Source: Candidatus Hydrogenedentota bacterium
GTDB taxonomy: Bacteria; Hydrogenedentota; Hydrogenedentia; Hydrogenedentales; SLHB01
NCBI GenBank assembly: GCA_963668025.2
Contig: CAXXTH010000010.1
Coordinates: 640,001 to 704,000 of the forward strand
DNA: 64,000 bases
Direction of reading: 5' to 3'
Below the pieces are notes generated by a model. It was not told the origin of the DNA. It made no database searches and worked only from the letters and a program-made list of their open reading frames with translations. A program made the position numbers and the translations under genes. Of this stretch, positions 1 through 8,850 are shown piece after piece. Position 1 is the stretch's first letter. Each line of letters starts with the position of its first letter.

Positions 1-1
1 G

Positions 2-988
2 GCGGCGTGGGATCAATTCCCTGCGGAGTGTGAAGTGCGGTATTCCACGGAATCCCTGGAAAACGCGTCTGCTCTTGAGATTCATGATTCCACGAGCCAT
101 ATCGAGATCACGGGCAACGCCTTCCGCGTAAAAATTGGGCGGGATTCCGGGGTCATCGAATCGTACATGCACGCAGGGCGGGAATTGATGTCCAGCCCCC
201 TCGTGCCGAATTTCTGGCGGGCGCCAGTGGACAACGATTTGGGCAACCAAATGCCCACCCGCTTGGCGGTTTGGCGTCATGCGGGTGCAGAGCGGCAAGT
301 GCAAAGCATCTCTCTGGAACAAGCAGCGCCAGAGGCCATACAGATTTCGGTGCAGATGGCGCTATCGAAGGCGGATTCTCATTACGAAGCGATATATACG
401 GTATATGGCAATGGTGATATCATCGTGCAGACGCGATTGGAGCCAAGGAACGGCGGTTTGCCGGAATTGCCCCGCATCGGCATGCAATTTGGCCTGCCTG
501 CTGAGTATGACACGCTGACTTGGTTTGGGCGCGGACCTCATGAGAGTTATTGGGATCGAAAAGCAAGCGCCGCCGTGGGCTTGTATAGTGGAAAAATCAA
601 CGAGCTCACACATGATTATATCCGCCCGCAGGAGAATGGGAACCGCTCAGATGTCCGCTGGGCGGCGTTCACTAACGAAAGCGGCGCGGGACTCATGATT
701 GTGGGAATTCCCCTGTTTGATGTAACAGCGTGGCCGTACACGCTGGATGATCTGGAAAAAGCCCGGCACACGTATGAGCTTCCCACGCGGGATACGTACA
801 CCATTAGCGTGGATTACCTCCAAATGGGTTTGGGCGGCGATAATTGCTGGGGCGCATTACCCTATCCGGCGTATAGACTGCCCGCCCAGCCCTACCAGCA
901 TGCGTTCCGCTTGAGTTTTTATACGCCCGAATTGGGCGAGATGGCGCAAGCCACCCGGAGGATGCTGTCGGGCATGGGCGCACGTTAG
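2..988 (+). CDS. Beta-galactosidase (GH2), C-terminal Bgal_small domain; 5'-truncated by window edge
   Basis: Frame is open from base 2; motifs NFWRAPVDND, GRGPHESYWDRK, YIRPQENGNRSDVRW, QMGLGGDNCWG typical of the LacZ C-terminal domain. Confidence 0.9.
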   Translation, partial: AAWDQFPAECEVRYSTESLENASALEIHDSTSHIEITGNAFRVKIGRDSGVIESYMHAGRELMSSPLVPNFWRAPVDNDLGNQMPTRLAVWRHAGAERQVQSISLEQAAPEAIQISVQMALSKADSHYEAIYTVYGNGDIIVQTRLEPRNGGLPELPRIGMQFGLPAEYDTLTWFGRGPHESYWDRKASAAVGLYSGKINELTHDYIRPQENGNRSDVRWAAFTNESGAGLMIVGIPLFDVTAWPYTLDDLEKARHTYELPTRDTYTISVDYLQMGLGGDNCWGALPYPAYRLPAQPYQHAFRLSFYTPELGEMAQATRRMLSGMGAR

Positions 989-1063
989 GCTTTTCGACTC
1001 GCTTCTTTGAGCCAAACCAGCAGCGTCATTAAGCGATATGCGCAATGCAAGGGAGGGGTATTT

Positions 1064-2392
1064 ATGTTCGCCGCAGTCTCAATGGCCATTCTGGCGGTGT
1101 TGCCGCTATCTCTAGCTGCCGATGATTCTCCGCCTTCGCCGCCGGTGTTGAAAGCCGTCGGAAAGCCATTCGTGCTACCGGTGAAAATGCCGCCATCGGA
1201 GCCTAATGGCGCATACACGGAAGTGCCCGCATGGGTAGCAACCGATGAATCAGGGCCGCGTTATTTCCTGCCGACCGGTTTCACCTATGTCGCGAAGCCG
1301 AAGCCAGGAAAATCCATACTCACCGACGCGGATGCGTTTGGCGATACGCCGGCCATATTAGCATCGCAAGAGGACACCCGCGCATCCGGGTATGCCGATC
1401 CGTCTAGGCTCAATCCAAATCTTGTGTGGCGGCGCAATTATTATGGCATCTATAGCGCCCATCTGCTGGAGCCAGGCCTTGACGGCAAGAGAGGTTATCT
1501 AGCGATCCTGCATGGTGAAAACAAGAACGAGGCCTTCCCAGATAAAAATCGGTATTATGACAATACCGTGCTTCCTTCCCGTTCCTACAAAATTCCCGAT
1601 GAGTACTCGGGATGGTTTGACGGCTCATACCGCGATTACTGGCCTGCATACTTTGCTTTTGTCTCGGCGGCTTGGAGCCCAGCAGATGAAAACGATGGAT
1701 GCAATTTCGACGCCCATGATCTTGGCCCCATCGTATGGCCTTCTGCAGGTTATGTCACCGCGAATGGCGGGAAGGCCGGCAATGGCCTGCGTGCGCCCAG
1801 CTCCATCATTGAAGGTGGATATATCTACGTCTACTATTTAGATGGATGCTCCACGGAGGTTGAAGGCCGTGAATCAGGTATTAAGGTCTCCCGTGCGCCA
1901 ATTTCCAATGATGGAATGCCTGGCCCGTTCATGAATTACTACAACGGTTCTTTCTCAGAGCCTTCGCTGCCCGCGGGATTCACGAAAGACAACGCGCGTG
2001 CGTTTCTCAGTTCATGTGGCGGGAAAAGCTCGAAGGTGCATCCCGATCTCGGCTGGAATACCAACCGCTTCAGTGTGGCGAAGCTAGAAGGAACAGACTG
2101 TTTTATCAGCGTCGAGGAGCGTTTTCAAAACCAGGACGGGTCAATGGTTTTCCTGGATTATTTAAGGCTCTCGAAGGATCTCGTGCATTGGAGTGAAGCC
2201 GCGGCGTTGCCAGGCACGGAATCACGGAATGGAACTGGTTTTGACAATCCTGTGCTGGCCAATGAAGATTTCACCTCGAACACCTTGGTTTCACCGAAAG
2301 CATTCTATGCCATCGGAAGCGGTTGGGTGGATGCCAAAATGAAAGCTATCAAGGTTTGTCTTGATATGGAAAAACAAGCCAAAGATAGTTGA
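1064..2392 (+). CDS. Secreted hypothetical protein, possibly beta-propeller glycoside hydrolase-like
   Basis: Signal peptide after GGAGGGG RBS; DLGPIV, PSSIIEGGYIYVYY and SKDLVHWS (Asp-box-like) motifs. Confidence 0.55.
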   Translation: MFAAVSMAILAVLPLSLAADDSPPSPPVLKAVGKPFVLPVKMPPSEPNGAYTEVPAWVATDESGPRYFLPTGFTYVAKPKPGKSILTDADAFGDTPAILASQEDTRASGYADPSRLNPNLVWRRNYYGIYSAHLLEPGLDGKRGYLAILHGENKNEAFPDKNRYYDNTVLPSRSYKIPDEYSGWFDGSYRDYWPAYFAFVSAAWSPADENDGCNFDAHDLGPIVWPSAGYVTANGGKAGNGLRAPSSIIEGGYIYVYYLDGCSTEVEGRESGIKVSRAPISNDGMPGPFMNYYNGSFSEPSLPAGFTKDNARAFLSSCGGKSSKVHPDLGWNTNRFSVAKLEGTDCFISVEERFQNQDGSMVFLDYLRLSKDLVHWSEAAALPGTESRNGTGFDNPVLANEDFTSNTLVSPKAFYAIGSGWVDAKMKAIKVCLDMEKQAKDS

Positions 2393-3182
2393 AATCTTGA
2401 TTCTGTTTTTTACTCCATAGGCCGCTTATCCGATTATCTTGGTGTTGAAACCAAGAAAGGATGGCGGCCGTGGCACTCTACTTGCAGCCACTGGCCGATT
2501 TGCCCATCTTCAGGCGGCGGCCTTCAATGTCCATGTAGACTTCGCCTTCTTTCAACGTCTGGCGCTGCCGGTGGTTGTCGGCTCCATAAAGATTCTCGGC
2601 ATCAAGATCCACGACACTCTGATGATTCGCATGATGGATGTCCTACTCCACGCCGGTTCCCAACTTTCCGGCTGGCCCAAGGAATCAACGCCGCACTCCT
2701 ATTTGTATTATTTCACAAAAGGATTTATGGCTCTCTCGCAAACAGCCTGTTCCATCATCGCCTCGATTCCCTTATGCAAACCAACTCAAAACTGCAACGC
2801 GCTCATACCAATGCCGACATCCAAATACAGAAAATCATCCATTTACTTGAGGCCGCGTAAAATCGTGAGTAGAAAATTCTCAGATCCTTACGGGTAGAAT
2901 CTAACGATTGTTAATCCTTGTTAATCCTAAAGAGTTTCACGATTGTGGGATTGCACTCTAGCTGAAGCAACAATCCGGGAATCCAGGACAGTTCGAACAT
3001 GCCCGAAAAGCCCGCCGCGCCAATACCGGCCATCACCAAGCAGGCAGCCATCACTGCCCAGCCATGCCACATCGAAATGATTTGAAATTAAGCTTGCCGG
3101 GATACAAGCAGAATACAAAAGCAGTTCTAAAGAAAAAATCCCCAAGGACCCGTTTTTACAAGTCATTGAGGCTGAATACTTT

Positions 3183-3230
3183 AGGTGGTGGGCGGTACAG
3201 GACTCGAACCTGTGACCCCCTGCGTGTAAG
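3183..3230. repeat. att site: 48-bp direct repeat of the tRNA-Val 3' half (copy at 18173-18220)
   Basis: aggtggtgggcggtacaggactcgaacctgtgaccccctgcgtgtaag is identical at both positions and stops in the anticodon loop. Confidence 0.97.
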
Positions 3231-3330
3231 TGAGTTATTGTTTGTATATTCGGTGTAACAACATGTTAGGGCAATATGCACAAAAAGCCTTGAGTTCCCT
3301 AGAGTTAAAGCCTGTTTTGTATTTTACCTC

Positions 3331-3359
3331 TTGACACATATCGTTACATGGTGTATGCT
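3331..3359 (+). promoter_or_regulatory. Sigma70 promoter of the integrase
   Basis: TTGACA-17 nt-TATGCT upstream of the integrase. Confidence 0.7.
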
Positions 3360-3361
3360 TG

Positions 3362-3387
3362 AAAATGATCCATGAGTGATCCATGGA
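3362..3387. repeat. Putative integrase arm-type sites (TGATCCAT x2); copy at 18082-18107
   Basis: aaaatgatccatgagtgatccatgga vs aaaatgatccataactgatccatgga, 24/26 identical, one inside each end of the element. Confidence 0.75.
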
Positions 3388-3430
3388 TCAGAATGCGGTT
3401 GATCACCGCGAGGCGAGAAAGGAAACAACC

Positions 3431-4708
3431 ATGGGAAAGGTCAACTTAACGGCAAAGGCAATTCGAGACGCCCTGCCTACTGAGCGGGAATATACGCTCA
3501 CCGATCTCGTTGTCCGAAACCTGGCTTTGCGTATCCTGCCTTCCGGCCAAAAAATCTACACGCTTTTATATATGGATCATGCAGGCCGCCGTAAACGCCT
3601 TACGCTTGGCAACGCAGATGTTCTGTCCGTTGCGCAGGTCCGAATACTCGCCAGGCAACGCCAGGCAGATATCGCGAAGGGCATTGACCCTTCCGAGGAA
3701 AAGAAAAAAGCCAAGCGCAATCTGACATTGCGGCAGTTCATGGACGAACACTACACGCCGTGGTTACTCAGTAATCTTAGAAGCGGTAAAGAGGTTGATA
3801 AATCTTTGCGGCGTGCGTTCAAGAGCCTTATGAATATGAAGTTGAGCGCCATATCCGCATTTCATGTTGAAAAAGTACGCGCCGAACTCACGAAAGCAGG
3901 CAAGCGCGTGGCCTCAAATCGATATAGTGCGCTATTTAAAGCTCTCGTAGCCCGCGCCCATAAATGGGAATTCCTCGAAACGAATATCATTGCCGGTAAA
4001 GTATCTCGCCACAAAGAAGACCGGGGGCGTGTTCAATATCTAGATGCGGCAGAAGAGGCCCGCCTGCTCGAAGCGCTCGACCGCAGGCAGAATAAGCAGA
4101 GGGAAGAACGCGCCCGTATGATTGCGTGGGCACAACAACGGCATCTCCCGACGTTGCCCGATCTGAATGGGCTCATCTATACCGATTATTTGAAACCGCT
4201 CATACTTGCAGTGTTGTACTCCGGTATGCGCCGGGGCGAAGCGTTCAGCCTGCTATGGTCTGATATCAATTGGGAACAGAATACCATCACCATCCGCGCG
4301 GAGTCCGCGAAGTCGGAGAAAATGCGGCATATCCCTATGTGCGCCGCGCTACGGCAGGTGTTGGAGCAATGGCAAGCCCAAAGTATGGGGCAAGGTCTTG
4401 TGTTTCCAAGCCTCAAGACTGGCGGACGCCTCGACAATATTCAAACATCATGGGAGCGTCTCATAAAGGATGCGAAGATTGAAGGCTTTCGATTCCATGA
4501 TCTGCGGCATTCGTTCGCATCAAGGCTGGCCATGGCGGGCGTGGACTTAAACACCATTCGTGAATTGCTGGGGCATTCGGATCTGAAAATGACTCTGCGA
4601 TATGCGCACCTATCACCGGCCCGGACGCAAGCGGCGGTGAATGTGCTCGACCGAATTGACAACGCGATCTCGTTCCCTGGCGTGAAGCAGGAAGGTAGCA
4701 CCTCATGA
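3431..4708 (+). CDS. int: Tyrosine integrase with N-terminal arm-binding (DUF4102-like) domain
   Basis: SGMRRGE, FHDLRHSFAS, LLGHSDLKMTLRYAH catalytic motifs; RBS AAGGA before ATG 3431. Confidence 0.95.
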   Translation: MGKVNLTAKAIRDALPTEREYTLTDLVVRNLALRILPSGQKIYTLLYMDHAGRRKRLTLGNADVLSVAQVRILARQRQADIAKGIDPSEEKKKAKRNLTLRQFMDEHYTPWLLSNLRSGKEVDKSLRRAFKSLMNMKLSAISAFHVEKVRAELTKAGKRVASNRYSALFKALVARAHKWEFLETNIIAGKVSRHKEDRGRVQYLDAAEEARLLEALDRRQNKQREERARMIAWAQQRHLPTLPDLNGLIYTDYLKPLILAVLYSGMRRGEAFSLLWSDINWEQNTITIRAESAKSEKMRHIPMCAALRQVLEQWQAQSMGQGLVFPSLKTGGRLDNIQTSWERLIKDAKIEGFRFHDLRHSFASRLAMAGVDLNTIRELLGHSDLKMTLRYAHLSPARTQAAVNVLDRIDNAISFPGVKQEGSTS

Positions 4709-4855
4709 AGCGAGCGAACCGCCACGCCACGAACACGGTTTCGGACGGGTGCTTACACCACTCGCGCGAAGATCGTTGCTCTACGGCCATCCTACGAAGC
4801 CGTTTCGAGGAAGACGGGGTGCTATGTAATACCCGAATAAAGGAAGGAGTCCATC

Positions 4856-5245
4856 ATGTACAGTAATCGCCATAATCGAAAGGCGGAAAGAGAAGCCGCT
4901 TACGAAGCTATTCCTATGGAATCGACACCCCCCGCCCAATCCCTGTCCGCCGCCAAGCGCCTCCCTCGATACCTAAAAATTGGGCAGGTAGTAGCAGAAT
5001 ACGGCTTGTCTCCGCAGACATGGCGGAGGCTGGCGTTGGCGGGAAACATCACGGCGGTAGAACTCAAAAGCAACGAACGTGGTATATGCGGGAAAACCCA
5101 CTTTGCGTATGATCGCAGTAGCATTGAGGCGTATCTACAAGAAAATATTGTGCGTCCGCCAATACGAATCGATGATCGGCAAGCCGACAGAGAATGGCGT
5201 AAACGCTACGCGGCGGAAAACTACAGGAATGGAGGTAAAGGGTGA
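4856..5245 (+). CDS. Excisionase-like HTH protein
   Basis: YLKIGQVVAEYGLSPQTWRRLALAG...YDRSSIEAYL winged-HTH pattern; GGAG RBS; next to int. Confidence 0.65.
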   Translation: MYSNRHNRKAEREAAYEAIPMESTPPAQSLSAAKRLPRYLKIGQVVAEYGLSPQTWRRLALAGNITAVELKSNERGICGKTHFAYDRSSIEAYLQENIVRPPIRIDDRQADREWRKRYAAENYRNGGKG

Positions 5246-5428
5246 TGGAATTCCAAATCGTAAGGGCGCAACGGAGCCTTTAGGTGAATGCTAAGGCATG
5301 ACCCGGCCATCGTGGCCGGTGAAAGCATAAAGGCCCCTGAGTGGTCGCAACACCCAGAGGCCACGGACGGGTAGGATTGCGGCTCCTACCCGCCCAGAGT
5401 ATAACAGCCGCGTGAAGGAACACGCACC

Positions 5429-5860
5429 ATGAACGCAGAGGCAGAAACCAAGCAGCCCGTAGGGGACCAACGGCCAATCACGGTTCATATCCCATCGCAT
5501 CTTCAAGGACGCCCCATCCATGTTTTCGCAATGGACGAAGGTGAACCAGACACATGGGACGTTATGCCAGACAAGCGCCGCTATGAACAGCAGTGCACGG
5601 CATGCGGAGCGGGCATGTTATTCAATCCCGTCCCGTACGGATTTTGTCCATTTTGCGGCGAGCCGCTAGACATTACTCTCGCAAAAGAGACCACGTGCGA
5701 TGATAATCTGCTTGAGGCCCGGCAGGAAGGTATGCGTGGATGCCTTATGTATATGGGCAACATCATGACGATGTTGAACCAAAGTTTTTATGACAACAAA
5801 CCGGATAGCGATGTAATTGCCGCTCTGCGCGAAGATTTACACAGGGAGTGGGATGTCTAA
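5429..5860 (+). CDS. Zn-ribbon hypothetical protein
   Basis: CTAC...CPFCG motif; AAGGA RBS. Confidence 0.6.
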   Translation: MNAEAETKQPVGDQRPITVHIPSHLQGRPIHVFAMDEGEPDTWDVMPDKRRYEQQCTACGAGMLFNPVPYGFCPFCGEPLDITLAKETTCDDNLLEARQEGMRGCLMYMGNIMTMLNQSFYDNKPDSDVIAALREDLHREWDV

Positions 5861-5968
5861 TTTTTTGGGCAGCGGGCTTGATCACCCGCGCGCGCGTGCG
5901 GGCACTGGCGCTACTCCTTTCGGCCCGGTGTCCGTATGCGGCCCACCTCGAATGGAGGATACCTTCTA

Positions 5969-6178
5969 ATGCCGAATTCATTGGCTTTGGCCGTCCTTGG
6001 TGTCATTTATGCTCACCCTGAGACTTTCGATTACTTCGTGAAGACTGGAAATCTTGTCGTCGAGAAACGAAATCCTGATATGCAGATCGATGTCTTCACA
6101 CTCAACGAAATCCGCCATGTTGCGAAGTGTGTCCGAGAGTACCGCAACAGGACTGCGCAGCCCGGCGTGACCCTCTGA
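5969..6178 (+). CDS. Small hypothetical protein
   Basis: GGAGG RBS; co-oriented in the operon. Confidence 0.5.
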   Translation: MPNSLALAVLGVIYAHPETFDYFVKTGNLVVEKRNPDMQIDVFTLNEIRHVAKCVREYRNRTAQPGVTL

Positions 6179-6192
6179 AAGGAGGTAATGAA

Positions 6193-6399
6193 ATGCGCAA
6201 AGCAAAATCAGCGCCATCTGAAAAGCCTAATAATTACTACGGGCTTAGGGGGCTAAAACTCACCCCACAAAAACGCATACTGGCTAAAATGGCCGTGCAT
6301 GCCGACGAGCTTATGGGTGCATGCACGGACATAAATACGGACACGAAAATTGTACGGCGACACATGAGGGCGCTGAATCGTCTACTGGCCCAAATCTGA
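6193..6399 (+). CDS. Small hypothetical protein
   Basis: Strong AAAGGAGGT RBS. Confidence 0.55.
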   Translation: MRKAKSAPSEKPNNYYGLRGLKLTPQKRILAKMAVHADELMGACTDINTDTKIVRRHMRALNRLLAQI

Positions 6400-6426
6400 C
6401 GGGCTGGCGTGTGCTGGCCCGCTTTT
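6400..6426 (+). terminator. Putative intrinsic terminator
   Basis: cgggctggc-gtgt-gctggcccg hairpin followed by ctttt. Confidence 0.45.
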
Positions 6427-6458
6427 CGTGGCTCTGAATGGTGTAAGGAGCGTATGAC

Positions 6459-6818
6459 ATGAACCAAGAAACCGCCGAACGCGTGAAGTATGGGTATCTA
6501 GTAGTTGCCGCTTTGCTTTTTGCGCTATGGACTATAACTGGTTGTGGAGAAAAACAGTCATTACCGAGTAATGATCCATGGGCAACGCCAGGACCAAAAA
6601 TTATTACTCAACAGGAATATAATCAAATTACGCCAGGCATGGCGAAAAATGAGGTGATCCGTATAATTGGAAGCCCAGGGAAAGTACAGATGAATATCAA
6701 TGATAGTGACGGTGAAATGCTTGTCTTGATCTGGGATAATCCAGATTTAGGCTATGCTTGTGTAAGGTTTCAAAATGGAATAGCGCAAGATAAGAACTGC
6801 ATGGGCTTGGAGTGGTAG
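6459..6818 (+). CDS. Lipoprotein, BLIP/SmpA-like (DUF3862-like) domain
   Basis: Lipobox ITGC; ITQQEYNQITPGMAKNEVIRIIGSPG motif; AT-rich. Confidence 0.7.
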   Translation: MNQETAERVKYGYLVVAALLFALWTITGCGEKQSLPSNDPWATPGPKIITQQEYNQITPGMAKNEVIRIIGSPGKVQMNINDSDGEMLVLIWDNPDLGYACVRFQNGIAQDKNCMGLEW

Positions 6819-7250
6819 GCGTGTGCGGTATCGCATATCCGCAACCAGCTAGGCCGCCGTAACCTGGACGTACCACAACGAGCGGCGCTGGCAGTGCGGC
6901 TGGAAAAGGTGCTCATGAAAGAGGCGCACGTACGTCAAGTATCCGCCTTAAAACAAAACAAAGAAAATCAAGAAAATACCGTTCCCGTCCATGGACGGGA
7001 ACGGAAGGATGTCCGCGAAAACGAAGCATCCGAGCAAGCAGCCAAAGCGTTTGACGTGAGCGGAGCAACAGTACAGCGGGCGAAGAGAGTAGAGAAAAAC
7101 GCCCCGGAGGTATTTCAGGAAATGGCAGACGGAAAAATATCCGTGCGGGCGGCGGAGGGACTGAGCAAGCTCCCGAAAGGCCAGCGCAAGGAGGCGCTGA
7201 AACTAACTACGCCACTTCCTGGACTTTCCGCCACGAACGCACTATACTGA
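6819..7250 (+). pseudogene. 5'-truncated ParB/Spo0J-like phage protein remnant
   Basis: The in-frame sequence upstream of 6894 reads HIRNQLGRRNLDVPQRAALA, followed by HTH AAKAFDVSGATVQRAK and GKISVRAA; no proper start or ParB N-domain. Confidence 0.6.
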
Positions 7251-7370
7251 TACGCAGACTTTAGGGTAGCCGAAAGCCGATTGCAACGGCCCGGCTCACG
7301 GGAACCGCCACCCCGGCAGCACTCCGCTAAGGGTGGCGGTTCCCGGCCCGCAACAATAGGAGTGCGAGTG

Positions 7371-8012
7371 ATGGAAGCCTACCAAATAAGCGAAGCACGC
7401 ATAGCCATTATCCACGAACGCGAGACAGCCATCTTTGAAAGCCTTGACGAAACGCCACGTAGTGCGAATATCGATATTGAAGAGTTGGCGGCATGGCTTG
7501 CGAAAGACGCACTCAACCAGATATCTCGATATGGACGTGGCTTCAATTTTAATGTAGATTTATGGGACGAAATTGAACGCGGGACATTCCAGCCCCTTCA
7601 CTACAAAGATGGCATACCAGTGCTTTGCCGCGCCGATGTACGGCGATTCTGCCGCGCCCATGGGATAAGTATTCCGCCCGTGTTTGTCGAAGATCCTATG
7701 CCACGGGACGAGATTATAAAGGAACTGATCAGGAAGGGATTCAAGCCGGACACAGCAAAACACAGCCATGATAGAGCCCGCGCAAGTGGTATTCTTACGG
7801 ACGATACTCCCGCATCCGAAGTAATGAGGTGGATAGACAGAAAGAACCCTCGAAAATACCAACATACCAAGAAACGCAAATGCGCCAGTTGCGAAGAGCT
7901 GAAACCAATCAGCGAATACAACGGCGACGGCCATACATGTAAGTCCTGCCTAAAATTGCGACCCCGCCCCGCCCAAACGCTGGCCGAAGCCTCCGCACGG
8001 GAGCGTCGTTAA
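7371..8012 (+). CDS. Hypothetical protein with C-terminal Zn finger
   Basis: AGGAG RBS; CASCEELKP...CKSC. Confidence 0.65.
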   Translation: MEAYQISEARIAIIHERETAIFESLDETPRSANIDIEELAAWLAKDALNQISRYGRGFNFNVDLWDEIERGTFQPLHYKDGIPVLCRADVRRFCRAHGISIPPVFVEDPMPRDEIIKELIRKGFKPDTAKHSHDRARASGILTDDTPASEVMRWIDRKNPRKYQHTKKRKCASCEELKPISEYNGDGHTCKSCLKLRPRPAQTLAEASARERR

Positions 8013-8214
8013 TACCCGCCATTTCCCGAATCTGCACCTTGCATATCACTGAATAGCGCAGGGACAAAAAGGGGACATTTAAGTTTTTTATCCTAACAAA
8101 CCCTAATAAATATCGCAAAACACACCGTTTTTATTGGACATTCGCGTACCCCTTCAATATCCGTGGTAACATAATTACAGAAGTTGAAACACGGAATAAC
8201 ACAGGAGCAACGCG

Positions 8215-8466
8215 ATGACAAAAAAAATTCACGGACTTAGCCCAGAAGTGCGGCGCGAGGTTTGTATGCTCTCATTGCAAGACCTCGCGAAGGTTCTGCA
8301 TAGAAGCTATGGATATCTCCGCCGTCGTGTAATGGAAGGCCCACTCCCCGGGCGAATGCCCCTACCGCAATACACAAAAATCGGCAACCGCATTCTATTC
8401 AGACTTGAAGACGTTCAGGAATATATCAACGAACACATAGTGCATCAGCACGTGGTGGGCGAATAA
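8215..8466 (+). CDS. AlpA-like HTH regulator
   Basis: MLSLQDLAKVLHRSYGYLRR...LPQYTKIGNRILFRLEDVQEYI; directly upstream of the replication genes. Confidence 0.75.
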   Translation: MTKKIHGLSPEVRREVCMLSLQDLAKVLHRSYGYLRRRVMEGPLPGRMPLPQYTKIGNRILFRLEDVQEYINEHIVHQHVVGE

Positions 8467-8469
8467 TAC

Positions 8470-8850
8470 ATGACTGAGCCCATCGACATTAACCGTGCCC
8501 GCCGACGGAAACGCCCTGGCCCAGCGGATTCAATGGAATTCCGCCGTTCCGAGTTATGTACGGAGTACAGCGGTTCGCGCGTGTTTGCAAATAAGTGCGG
8601 CTCGTTTGTGCGGTTCGTGAAAGGCCTCGGGTGGCTCCGTTGGACTGGAACGCATTGGGAAGAAGATCCCGAACGCGTGCGGTGTATGTGCATCGAGGTT
8701 GTTGGTCAATATTTCCGCGATACAGCCGGACAGTACGCGCGTGATGGCGATGACGCAGATTTAATCAAGCATATATTGGCATTTGCCAGAAAGTGCGAAA
8801 GCGCCAGTACTGTTGATGCAATATTGCGCATCTGTGAGGGGTATCTTTAA
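8470..8850 (+). CDS. D5_N-like fragment of a P4-family primase/helicase
   Basis: VRFVKGLGWLRWTGTHWEED motif; TAATG overlap with the next ORF. Confidence 0.7.
   Translation: MTEPIDINRARRRKRPGPADSMEFRRSELCTEYSGSRVFANKCGSFVRFVKGLGWLRWTGTHWEEDPERVRCMCIEVVGQYFRDTAGQYARDGDDADLIKHILAFARKCESASTVDAILRICEGYL

Noticed and set aside
3186-3230. Second tRNA-Val gene
   Set aside because: Only the 3' half is present; it is the att duplication
2439-3258. ORFs 2439-2897, 2927-3166 and 3064-3258
   Set aside because: No RBS or motifs; one runs through the att site; probably spurious or decayed
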